44,077 bases of DNA from an uncultured Candidatus Saccharibacteria bacterium (GTDB lineage Bacteria > Patescibacteriota > Minisyncoccia > Minisyncoccales > 2-12-FULL-40-12). The DNA lies in NCBI GenBank assembly GCA_964372865.1, contig CAYJRW010000001.1, forward strand, positions 1 to 44,077. The letters run 5' to 3'. Positions 7,201 through 15,609 of this stretch are shown piece by piece (position 1 is the first letter of the stretch; every line of letters begins with the position of its first letter). Position numbers and translations under genes: made by a program. The notes below the pieces were generated by a model, which made no database searches, had not been told where the DNA came from, and saw only the letters and a list, made by a program, of their open reading frames with translations.

Positions 7201-9613
7201 GACACTTCTTATATTTTTTGCCGGACCCGCACGGGCAGGGGTCGTTTCTGCCAACCTTGCCTTTGGCACGCTGATTACCGCTTATAGTGGCTGATTCGCG
7301 CTGGTAAATTGGCTGGGCACCAGTTGGCTGCAAGGAAGCCCTGAAAAGCATCTGGACGATGTTGCTTTCAATCATCTTTAAAAGATTTTGAAACATTTTG
7401 TGGCCCTCGTTCTTGTATTCTACCAGAGGGTCTTGCTGGCCGTAAGCTCGCAGGCGGACAGAATCCCGCAATGCCTCCATTTCTTCCAAGTGATTCATCC
7501 AAAGCATATCTAAAGTCCTTAGGGCGACAAATTTAGAAACTTGATTAAAACTATCTCCTAATTCTTTCGCTTTCGGCTCAAGCAGTTTTTTCTCCTCGTC
7601 GCTTTTCAACCAATTTCCAACTTCCAATTTCCAATTTTCAATTTCCAAAAAGCGGCTTCTCTTTTTGTAAATCACTTCTCTGTGTTTGTTCAAAACATCG
7701 TCGTAATCAAGCAAATGTTTTCTCAAATCAAAGTTAAACCCCTCTATTTTTGACTGGGCTTCTTCAATGGCTTTAGAAACAAGGCCCGCCTCAATTGGTT
7801 CGTCTTCAGGAATCTTAAACATTGACATCAAAGAGCTTATCTTCTCTCCGCCAAAAATTCTCATTAAATCATCTTCCAAAGAAAGAAAAAATTGAGAGGA
7901 GCCGGGGTCTCCCTGCCTACCTGACCTTCCCCGTAATTGGTTATCAATTCTTCTAGCCTCATGCCTCTCTGTGCCAATAACATGCAGACCTCCCTTGGCA
8001 ATAACTTTTTCGGCTTCTTCTGGAAGCTGGGGATTGCCACCCAGAATTATGTCTACTCCCCTGCCTGCCATGTTGGTGGCAATAGTTACGGCTCCGGGTT
8101 TTCCTGCTTGCGCTATTATTGCTCCTTCTCTTTCATGGTGCTTGGCGTTCAAAATTTGATGAGGAACTCCCTCTTTTTCCAACAGCTTCCCCAAATACTC
8201 ATTTTTTGCAATTGAGGTGGTGCCAACGAGAACCGGCTGTCCCTTTTCGTGTCTTTCTCTAATTTCTCTGACTATTGCCCTAAACTTTCCTTCAGAATTT
8301 TTATGCACTCTATCGGGCAAATCTTGCCGAATCATCGACCTGTTTGTGGGCACAATGGCAACATCCAACTTATAAACTTTATCAAACTCTTCGGCAGAAG
8401 TAGCTGCTGTTCCCGTCATGCCGCCCAGCTTTTTGTACATTCTGAAATAATTTTGAAAAGTGATTGAAGCAAGAGTAAGCGATTCTGGCTGAACCTTCAC
8501 TCCTTCTTTTGCTTCAACCGCCTGGTGAAGACCGCCAGACCATCTTCTTCCTGGCATAAGCCGGCCGGTAAATTCATCAACAATAATGACTTGCCCATCT
8601 TTGACCACATAGTGTCTGTCTTTTTTAAAAAGAACTTCTGCTCTCAGGGCCTGCTCCAAATGATGAAGATATTTTATGCCCTTTTCTTCGTAAATATTGC
8701 CCGCTCCTAAAATTTTCTCAATCTTGTTAATGCCAGCTTCCGTCAATGTTACGGCCCTCATTTTCTCGTCAATCTCATAGTCGGTTTTGGGGTCTAATCC
8801 TGGAATGATTCTCGCAAAATCAAGGTACCATTTGGAACTCTCCGTATCAGGGGCTGAAATAATCAAAGGAGTTCTGGCTTCGTCTATCAAAATTGAGTCA
8901 ACCTCATCAACTATTGCAAAATTGAAACCTCGTTGAACCTGCTGCGATAAATCGTAAACCATATTGTCCCTTAAGTAGTCAAAGCCAAATTCATTGTTTG
9001 TACCATATGTGATATCAGCATCATATGCCTCTTTCCTAGACACCGGCCTCAAAAAATCTTCAACAACCTTAAATCCTCCAAGCGTATCTCTTTCTATGTC
9101 TTTTTTGGCAGAGGGGTCATACAAGTATGCCGCCTCATGTGTAATACAACCAACCGACATTCCAAGCGCGTGATAAATTTGCCCCATCCACACAGCGTCT
9201 CTTTTTGCCAAATAATCATTGACCGTTACTAAATGGCAACCTTTCCCTTCCAGGGCGTTTAAATATAAAGGCAGAGTGGCTGTCAAAGTTTTACCTTCTC
9301 CGGTTTTCATTTCAGCGATTTTACCCTGGTGCAAAACAATGCCGCCAATTAATTGAACGTCAAAGTGGCGCTGATTTAAGGTTCTTTTTGCCGCCTCCCG
9401 AACTTGAGCAAAAGCTTCTGGCAGCACCTCACCTAATGTGACGTAGCCTTGCTGCGTTACATTGTTTTTTAGGACTTGGGTTTTTTCTTTTAATTGTTCT
9501 TCAGAAAAACGCTCGTACTCTTTTTCAAGCGCGTTAATTTTTTCCACGACCGGCTGCAGTTTTCGCAAATACGTTTCGTTGGCATCCCCAAAAATTTTAG
9601 TCAAAATTGACAT
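7190..9613 (-). CDS. secA: Preprotein translocase ATPase SecA
   Basis: 807 aa with MKTGEGKT Walker A, DEVDSILIDEARTPLII and a C-terminal zinc motif CPCGSGKKYKKCHGK. Confidence 0.97.
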   Translation of the reverse strand: MSILTKIFGDANETYLRKLQPVVEKINALEKEYERFSEEQLKEKTQVLKNNVTQQGYVTLGEVLPEAFAQVREAAKRTLNQRHFDVQLIGGIVLHQGKIAEMKTGEGKTLTATLPLYLNALEGKGCHLVTVNDYLAKRDAVWMGQIYHALGMSVGCITHEAAYLYDPSAKKDIERDTLGGFKVVEDFLRPVSRKEAYDADITYGTNNEFGFDYLRDNMVYDLSQQVQRGFNFAIVDEVDSILIDEARTPLIISAPDTESSKWYLDFARIIPGLDPKTDYEIDEKMRAVTLTEAGINKIEKILGAGNIYEEKGIKYLHHLEQALRAEVLFKKDRHYVVKDGQVIIVDEFTGRLMPGRRWSGGLHQAVEAKEGVKVQPESLTLASITFQNYFRMYKKLGGMTGTAATSAEEFDKVYKLDVAIVPTNRSMIRQDLPDRVHKNSEGKFRAIVREIRERHEKGQPVLVGTTSIAKNEYLGKLLEKEGVPHQILNAKHHEREGAIIAQAGKPGAVTIATNMAGRGVDIILGGNPQLPEEAEKVIAKGGLHVIGTERHEARRIDNQLRGRSGRQGDPGSSQFFLSLEDDLMRIFGGEKISSLMSMFKIPEDEPIEAGLVSKAIEEAQSKIEGFNFDLRKHLLDYDDVLNKHREVIYKKRSRFLEIENWKLEVGNWLKSDEEKKLLEPKAKELGDSFNQVSKFVALRTLDMLWMNHLEEMEALRDSVRLRAYGQQDPLVEYKNEGHKMFQNLLKMIESNIVQMLFRASLQPTGAQPIYQRESATISGNQRAKGKVGRNDPCPCGSGKKYKKCHGK
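7611..7645. repeat. Heptanucleotide tandem tract (CAATTTC-like, 5 units) inside secA
   Basis: The plus strand reads caatttc caacttc caatttc caatttt caatttc. It encodes LEIENWKLEVGNW on the minus strand. Confidence 0.8.
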
Positions 9614-9624
9614 ATTACCAGTTG

Positions 9625-9653
9625 ATTATATAAAAAAAACCGCCTTTGGTAAA
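9625..9653 (-). promoter_or_regulatory. Weak putative promoter for secA (TTTACC-N17-TATAAT), giving a near-leaderless transcript
   Basis: On the minus strand, TATAAT at 9630-9625 ends 11 nt before the secA ATG. The -35-like TTTACC (9653-9648) lies inside the upstream terminator hairpin. Confidence 0.25.
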
Positions 9654-9658
9654 GGCCG
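9632..9658 (-). terminator. Rho-independent terminator after the polyamine operon
   Basis: On the minus strand, hairpin GCCTTT-ACC-AAAGGC (9656-9642) is followed by GG and T8 (the plus-strand A-run 9632-9639). It lies 22 nt after the speB-like stop. Confidence 0.7.
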
Positions 9659-9680
9659 TTTTAGCAGAGATAGCTCTTTA

Positions 9681-10538
9681 TTAAAAATTATAACTAATGA
9701 TTTTATAAATGATTTTGGCGGCTAAAAAGTCTGGCGCGTGAAAACCCGGAATGGGGTCTAGTTCCACAACATCAGCGCCGACAATTTTTCTTTTTTTGGA
9801 AATCTCTTTTATCAAATGTAGGGTTTCATACCAGCCAAGGCCACCAGGCTCAGGTGTTCCAGTTGAAGGCATAATTGAGGGGTCAAAAGCATCCAAATCA
9901 AAACTTATGTAAACGTTTTGTTTCAGCGCAGCAACTATTTTATTTACGGGCAATTCGGGTGCATAAAAAATTGTTTTTATTTTTTCTTTTTTAATATAAT
10001 CTTCTTCTTCTTCAGACATGCTCCTTATGCCAACTTGAACTACCGGTATTCCCTGCTCTCTTATTCTTCTAACAACGCAGCCGTGAGAATATTTTGTCCC
10101 TTCAAGTTCATTCCTTGAATCCAAATGCGCGTCAAAATAAAGAACTGAAAGGTTTTTAATCCTTTTTACAAAAGCTCTAACGGTTCCAATGGTTATTGAG
10201 TGTTCTCCGCCAATGGTTATAACAAATTTTTTGTCATGCAAAAGAGAGCTAACCGCTTTTTCTACTCTTTCCGTTGTTTCCTGAGGAGAGTTCTTTGAGG
10301 GCTCCAAGGGTTCCAAAGTAAAAATTCCTGTTTTAGCAACGTCTTTTTTCGTCTCAATGTCATAATCTTCCAAATAGCGGGAAGCCTCAATAAGGGCTTG
10401 AGGCCCTTCTTTCGTTCCTGATTTCCAAAAAGTAGTTGAACTGTAGGGCACTGGTAAAATAACTACTTTTGAGCTTTGGTAATTTTGATTTGGCAGTCCC
10501 AAAAAATTAAACGGCTCCGTTGTGGGATACTTGAACAT
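9681..10538 (-). CDS. speB: Agmatinase / ureohydrolase (arginase fold)
   Basis: 285 aa with the GGEHSIT, DAHLD and SFDLDAFDP metal-binding motifs. Its ATG overlaps the stop of the SET gene (TAATG). Confidence 0.88.
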   Translation of the reverse strand: MFKYPTTEPFNFLGLPNQNYQSSKVVILPVPYSSTTFWKSGTKEGPQALIEASRYLEDYDIETKKDVAKTGIFTLEPLEPSKNSPQETTERVEKAVSSLLHDKKFVITIGGEHSITIGTVRAFVKRIKNLSVLYFDAHLDSRNELEGTKYSHGCVVRRIREQGIPVVQVGIRSMSEEEEDYIKKEKIKTIFYAPELPVNKIVAALKQNVYISFDLDAFDPSIMPSTGTPEPGGLGWYETLHLIKEISKKRKIVGADVVELDPIPGFHAPDFLAAKIIYKIISYNF

Positions 10539-11071
10539 TATAATTTATTAATTTCTTCCTGAATATGCCAGGCAAAATAACCTTTGTATTTCTTTTGCAA
10601 CTCAAGATTCTTCCAGTCCTCTCCCGTAATAAACTTTCTGCAATTTTTTTCTTGACAGCGACATTTAAAGTAAATGCCGGGGTCATTGTCTGTCATGGCA
10701 TAGTCAAAAGTTAGTTCCTCATCCTTAAGAATATTGCGCATTGCCACAAACAAATTGCCTTTTACGCCAACATTGGGGCGACAACTGTGGTTCAAGTAAT
10801 CATCATCTTTGAGTGTTTTTTTGCTAAAGTGGGCTAAATAAAAACTTGGAGCTATTTTAAATAAATACTCTTTTAAGACCTTATATCGTTTTTTGGGAAG
10901 ATTTTTTGGGTTGCTTAAAATTTCTTTTTCTCCAACTATGTATCCTCCGGGAATGGCAATTATTTCACTTTTTTTAATGAGTTCTTTGGCAAACAATCCT
11001 TTTCTATGGATGGCAGAAGTCCCTGCTTTTACCTTTGGGTTAATATAGGGATTAATGTAAGAATGACCCAT
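10538..11071 (-). CDS. SET-domain methyltransferase with a post-SET Cys cluster
   Basis: 177 aa with RKGLFA, NHSCRPN, EELTFDY and CRCQEKNCR. Confidence 0.88.
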   Translation of the reverse strand: MGHSYINPYINPKVKAGTSAIHRKGLFAKELIKKSEIIAIPGGYIVGEKEILSNPKNLPKKRYKVLKEYLFKIAPSFYLAHFSKKTLKDDDYLNHSCRPNVGVKGNLFVAMRNILKDEELTFDYAMTDNDPGIYFKCRCQEKNCRKFITGEDWKNLELQKKYKGYFAWHIQEEINKL

Positions 11072-11080
11072 AAATCAAGT

Positions 11081-11947
11081 TTATTGCTTTTTGGTAATCT
11101 CTTTTAGAAAAGGCGGCAGGGTAAAAATTGCTTTAAACATTTCCGGGCTGAGGTATTTCAGCTTTCGCTCCAAATCTTTGTTCTTGAACTCCGTTTTCAG
11201 CGGGTTGAAGTTTTTGTTTGCGGAAGCTATCAGAAAACCCCAATAACCGCCAAAAAAACTAATGCAGGCGCGGTAAGAAAAAACTTTTGGGAAAACTTTT
11301 TTCAATATTTTTTTCAGGCGAAGGTGGCCCTGGTAACTGACTTCGCTGAAATTGTTGCTGTGCATTGCTAAAATGCCGTCTTTTTTAAGATTCTGGCGGA
11401 TAAGTTTGTAAAAATAGGTTTCCGGTTTCTTTATTTTAGAGCTGAGGTTGTAGTAGCCGGGGTCAGAGATGTCTGAGTAAATGACATCATACTTTTTTTG
11501 GCTTCTTAATAAAAAGTTTTCAGCGCTGTCTATAATTAAGTCAACTTTCGGGTGGTCAAAAAATCCTTGGTGCATCTCGGGAAAAAATTGCTTGAAAATT
11601 TTTACTGCTTCTCTGTCAATATCAATGGTCGTGATTCGCTTTACGTTTTTGTGCTTTAAAATTTCGCGAAGAGTCGCTCCCTCTCCCGCTCCCAAAACCA
11701 GGATTTGTAAATTTTTCTTCTTAGTCAGCAAAATCAAAGCGGGGTGAATCAGCGCCTCGTGGTAAATCCATTCTTCTTTAACGCAGCTCTGGGGAATTCC
11801 GTCAATAACCAAACTTTTACCAACCTCAAACAAATCGAAAATCTGGATATCCTGGAACTTTGTTTTTTTGTGAAATAAGAGTTTTTTTACCCGCCAATGC
11901 ACTTGAGAGTTGGGAACGTATGTATCAACATACCACTGCCGTTTCAT
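11081..11947 (-). CDS. Spermidine synthase-like aminopropyltransferase, divergent paralogue 2
   Basis: 288 aa with LGAGEGATLREILKH, TTIDID and DVIYSDISDP. It has a 4 nt overlap with the AdoMetDC gene. Confidence 0.8.
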   Translation of the reverse strand: MKRQWYVDTYVPNSQVHWRVKKLLFHKKTKFQDIQIFDLFEVGKSLVIDGIPQSCVKEEWIYHEALIHPALILLTKKKNLQILVLGAGEGATLREILKHKNVKRITTIDIDREAVKIFKQFFPEMHQGFFDHPKVDLIIDSAENFLLRSQKKYDVIYSDISDPGYYNLSSKIKKPETYFYKLIRQNLKKDGILAMHSNNFSEVSYQGHLRLKKILKKVFPKVFSYRACISFFGGYWGFLIASANKNFNPLKTEFKNKDLERKLKYLSPEMFKAIFTLPPFLKEITKKQ

Positions 11948-12324
11948 TTTCTTAAAATCCCTCTCTTTATCACTTTCATTTCAACTCTTTTAGGCTCAAA
12001 TTTCTTTTTTAAATATTTAAGAGCCTTGTCGGGCATAGCTCTCCTGCCGCAGCTGAAAATGTCAATGGCCAAATAATTTATTTCAGGCCAGCTGTGGATG
12101 GCGATATGTGATTCAGCCAAAAGAATGAAACCGGTTATTCCGTGAGGATTAAACTTGTAAGTTTTTATTCCCAAAGTGGTGTTGTGCGATCTTCTGGCGG
12201 CTTCAAGCAAAATATTTCTAATTCTCTTGGAATCTTCAATAATTTTCCCGCCCCAGAATTCAGCAATCAAATGAACTCCAGTATATCTTCTTTTTTGTTT
12301 GGGCCTCATTTCTATTTTTTTCAT
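11944..12324 (-). CDS. speH: S-adenosylmethionine decarboxylase proenzyme (small SpeH type, pyruvoyl)
   Basis: 126 aa. LLAESHIAIHSWPE contains the Glu-Ser self-cleavage site. Confidence 0.9.
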   Translation of the reverse strand: MKKIEMRPKQKRRYTGVHLIAEFWGGKIIEDSKRIRNILLEAARRSHNTTLGIKTYKFNPHGITGFILLAESHIAIHSWPEINYLAIDIFSCGRRAMPDKALKYLKKKFEPKRVEMKVIKRGILRK

Positions 12325-12419
12325 CGCAATAATTTTATATTTCTTCTATTGCATTACACTATTATACAGAAAATAAAAAAGAAAAAACATACGTCAAGCT
12401 GTGGATAACTCAAAAAGGG

Positions 12420-13808
12420 TCATTTAACAACTTTTATGGTCTTGGATAAACCGAAGATTGAAGAATAATGCCTAACAATTTCAAAATAGTTATGAATTTG
12501 CGGCGTGATTACCTCGCCGGGCACCAGCAAAGGAATGCCTGGGGGGTATGGGGTTATAACTTCAGCGGCAATACGACCAATTGCTTCTTCTATTTTAATT
12601 TCTTCTGTCTCTTTCAAAAAAGTTTTCCGGGGGGAAAGGGAGATTTGAGGAACGATAAACGGATATTCAATCGCCCATAAACCTTTTCTGGCAGAAAGTT
12701 TTTTCAAAACGTTAAAAAAAGCGTTAAGATCTCTAGCGTCATTGCCGATTCCAAAAATAAAAATCAAATGATTGGGTGTACTGAACTCAGGCTCAATTTT
12801 ATTTTTGTTTAGAATCTCCCAAGATTCAAATCCGTTTTCAACCTCAACCGTCAAATTGGTCAAATCCAGGTCAAATCCTTTTTTGTTTAAGTAATTTCTT
12901 TCTATGCATCTAAACTGTGAGTTTTTTAGAAACTCCCTGGCTTTTTGGGCTAAATCTATCGGCCCCTGCCAGAGTTTTTTTCCCTGAAGAACCATTTGCC
13001 TTCTAACCAAATCCAAAGAGGCAAGAAAAATATATGAAGGAGAGGTGGTTTGAAGCAATCTAACTGTCTCTTTAACTTTTTGGCGGTCAATCCTTTTACC
13101 CGTAAAATGCAGCATTGAGCTTTGAGAAAGAGCCGGCAATCTTTTATGAGTGCTCTGGACGACCGCGTCAGCTCCGGCTGCCAAGGCCGTCTGGGGAAAC
13201 TGGGAATTAAATTTCAAGTGCGCGCCCCAAGCCTCGTCAACCAAAAGAATTTTCCCTGCCTTGTGGACAATCGCAGCAATTTTTTCAAGGTCAGCGGTAA
13301 CGCCAAATTGAGTCGGATTGACTATCAACACCGCTTTGGCATCAGGATGCTCTTTTAATGATTTTGCAACAGTTTCCGGCTTAACATTTAGCGGCAGATT
13401 AAACTCTTGGTCAAATTCTGGTTGGAGGTAAATTGGCTGTGCTCCAGAGATAATCAAACCACTCACAGCTGATTTGTGCATGTTACGGCTGATGAGGATT
13501 TTATCATTCGGAGAACAGGTAGAAAGAATCATTGAGATGACTCCCAAGGTAGAACCGCCAACCAGAAACAAGGTTTCCTCAGCCCCAAAAGCTTCAGCCG
13601 TCAGCTCTTGGGCTTGTTTAATCGCTGATTGAGGATGAGACAAAGAATCAATGTCTTCCAGCAGGGTTAAATCAAATTTGGCGTCAAGCGAAGCCGTTTC
13701 TCTGGGCAGCCCCCGACCATAACGGTGGCCGGGAACGTGAAGCTTTGTTACAGCTTTTTTTAGGTAGCGACGTAGCGCTTGATAAAGCGGAGCTTGGTTT
13801 TGCTTCAT
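12420..13808 (-). CDS. speA: PLP-dependent Orn/Lys/Arg decarboxylase family enzyme (likely arginine decarboxylase)
   Basis: 462 aa with HVPGHRYG at the N-terminus and STHKRLPALSQSS carrying the PLP lysine. Confidence 0.8.
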   Translation of the reverse strand: MKQNQAPLYQALRRYLKKAVTKLHVPGHRYGRGLPRETASLDAKFDLTLLEDIDSLSHPQSAIKQAQELTAEAFGAEETLFLVGGSTLGVISMILSTCSPNDKILISRNMHKSAVSGLIISGAQPIYLQPEFDQEFNLPLNVKPETVAKSLKEHPDAKAVLIVNPTQFGVTADLEKIAAIVHKAGKILLVDEAWGAHLKFNSQFPQTALAAGADAVVQSTHKRLPALSQSSMLHFTGKRIDRQKVKETVRLLQTTSPSYIFLASLDLVRRQMVLQGKKLWQGPIDLAQKAREFLKNSQFRCIERNYLNKKGFDLDLTNLTVEVENGFESWEILNKNKIEPEFSTPNHLIFIFGIGNDARDLNAFFNVLKKLSARKGLWAIEYPFIVPQISLSPRKTFLKETEEIKIEEAIGRIAAEVITPYPPGIPLLVPGEVITPQIHNYFEIVRHYSSIFGLSKTIKVVK

Positions 13809-13815
13809 TTTTCCA

Positions 13816-14757
13816 TCAAAAAGAAATAAGGGGCTTTTTGTCTTGAATCACTCTTTTTTGCGCCTTTATCGCGTCCCTTAAAATTTTCGGCAGCAAAAAT
13901 AAGGACTGGTGGATTTTTTCATCGTAAAACTTTAATCCTTTCAAGCCCCTCTTTTTTATCTTGTCTTTTACTTGGGATGGTTTGATTGAAATTGGGTCGT
14001 ATTTTTTTGATGCGGCAATAAATCCCCAACTATCGTCGTAACTTGGAATAAAGACCCTCATTCCCCTAGCAATAGGAAAAACCTTATTTACGGTTTTGTG
14101 AATCGCAGCGAAAGTTTCGTTATTCAGCTCGTTGACTCCGTCTGCTTGCAGAGAAAATATGCCATTCTCGCTCAACTTCGCGTATATGAGCCGATAAAAT
14201 TCTTCTGTAAAAAGAAGCCAAGAAGGCGGTTCCAGCAAAGGGGCTATCAAGTCGCTGATGATAACGTCAAACTTTTCTTTGGTTTCACTTAAAAACTTCC
14301 TGCCGTCCCCGGGAATCACTTTCATTTTCTTGTTCTTAAAAACATTCCGGTTTATTTTTTTCAGGAATTTCCGGCAGAATTCTATCAGTTGCTCATCAAT
14401 ATCAACTAAAAATAACTGCTTGACGGATTTATGTTTTAAAACTTGGTAGGCGGTTCCACCATCAGCGCCGCCAATTATTAAGACTTTATGAGGCATGGGG
14501 TGAGTTACCAAAGCAGGATGGGCAATCGTTTCGTGATAAATGAACTCGTCCGCCTCGCTCGTTTGCAGTCTTTCATCTAAAAAAAGGGTTCTGCCGTACT
14601 GGAATAGTTCTACGATATCAACCGTCTGGAACTTTGTCCTTTGATGCATAATTCTCTTTTTAACCTGAAATAAATGAGCAGAATGCGGGCCTTGAGTGAA
14701 TTCCAGTATCCATTCTGAATTTTTTGGAAGTTTGCTAGTAAAAGAGAACGGTTTCAT
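13816..14757 (-). CDS. speE: Spermidine synthase-like aminopropyltransferase, paralogue 1
   Basis: 313 aa with IIGGADGGTAYQVLKH, LVDIDEQLIEFCRKF and DVIISDLIAP. Confidence 0.85.
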   Translation of the reverse strand: MKPFSFTSKLPKNSEWILEFTQGPHSAHLFQVKKRIMHQRTKFQTVDIVELFQYGRTLFLDERLQTSEADEFIYHETIAHPALVTHPMPHKVLIIGGADGGTAYQVLKHKSVKQLFLVDIDEQLIEFCRKFLKKINRNVFKNKKMKVIPGDGRKFLSETKEKFDVIISDLIAPLLEPPSWLLFTEEFYRLIYAKLSENGIFSLQADGVNELNNETFAAIHKTVNKVFPIARGMRVFIPSYDDSWGFIAASKKYDPISIKPSQVKDKIKKRGLKGLKFYDEKIHQSLFLLPKILRDAIKAQKRVIQDKKPLISF

Positions 14758-14861
14758 TTAGAAATTTAATTGTCTATTGTTCCTCTTTTTGAAAATTTTT
14801 TTTGAGTTATTTCATTATTTCATTTCAAGAAGGTATGTCAAGAGTTAAAAACGTTTTTTCA

Positions 14862-14890
14862 ACAAAAAATCCCATAGAATTTTATGGGAA
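14862..14890 (-). terminator. Rho-independent terminator after rplM
   Basis: On the minus strand, CCCATA-AAATTC-TATGGG (14888-14871) is followed by ATTTTTTG. It lies about 20 nt after the rplM stop. Confidence 0.75.
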
Positions 14891-14909
14891 AAGATATTTA
14901 AATGTTATT

Positions 14910-15257
14910 TTACTCGAACTTCAGCCGTCTTATTTGTTTAGCTCGCAGTTTATTTTTAGGCAGCATGCCAAAGACGGCTTTTCTCAGAACTTTAGCAGGA
15001 TTTTCCTTAAAAATTTTTTTCACCGGAATCTCTTTCAACGAGCCCAAAAAACCTGAGTGGCGAAAATATTTTTTCTTTTCCAATTTTTTACCAGTAAACA
15101 GAATTTTGTCAATATTTTTTACCAAGACAAAATCACCCATATCTTTGTATGGGGCAAAACCTGATTTTTGTTTGCCGCGCAGTAAAATAGCTATTTCAGA
15201 CGCCACTCTGCCCAAAGCCCTGTTTGCTGCGATGATGATATGGGTTGTGCGTTCCAT
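14910..15257 (-). CDS. rplM: 50S ribosomal protein L13 (short, 115 aa)
   Basis: LGRVASEIAILLRGK...GDFVLVKN...FGMLPKN is typical L13. Confidence 0.92.
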   Translation of the reverse strand: MERTTHIIIAANRALGRVASEIAILLRGKQKSGFAPYKDMGDFVLVKNIDKILFTGKKLEKKKYFRHSGFLGSLKEIPVKKIFKENPAKVLRKAVFGMLPKNKLRAKQIRRLKFE

Positions 15258-15258
15258 T

Positions 15259-15609
15259 TTATTTTACTAATTCTATTATGGCCATTCTTGCGCCATCTAA
15301 CTTTCTCTGGCCCAACTTTATGATTCTGGTATATCCTCCTTTTCTATCTTTGTATCTTGGAGATATTTCCGCGGCCAATTTTTTAACAACTGGCGCGGAA
15401 AAAAAAGAGTGCAACGCTCTTTGAGCCGATAAGTTACCGAGTTTAGCTCTGGTAATTTGTTTTTCGGCAAATCCTGAGAGTTCTTTTGCTCTGGCCCAAG
15501 TTGTTCTAATTTTTTCTTTCAAAAAAAGAGACGTCGCCAAAGTTCGCAAAAGCGCCTTCCTCTGGTTTCTCTTTCTACTTAGCCTTCTTCCTTTTTTTAG
15601 TTTTCGCAT
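15259..15609 (-). CDS. rplQ: 50S ribosomal protein L17
   Basis: 116 aa: MRKLKKGRRLSRKRNQRKALLRTLA...GGYTRIIKLGQR. Confidence 0.95.
   Translation of the reverse strand: MRKLKKGRRLSRKRNQRKALLRTLATSLFLKEKIRTTWARAKELSGFAEKQITRAKLGNLSAQRALHSFFSAPVVKKLAAEISPRYKDRKGGYTRIIKLGQRKLDGARMAIIELVK

Noticed and set aside
12325-12419. An internal promoter in the decarboxylase-speH spacer (TTGACG ... TATAAT on the minus strand).
   Set aside because: The hexamers are about 25 nt apart, well outside the 16-18 nt spacing. I do not call it.
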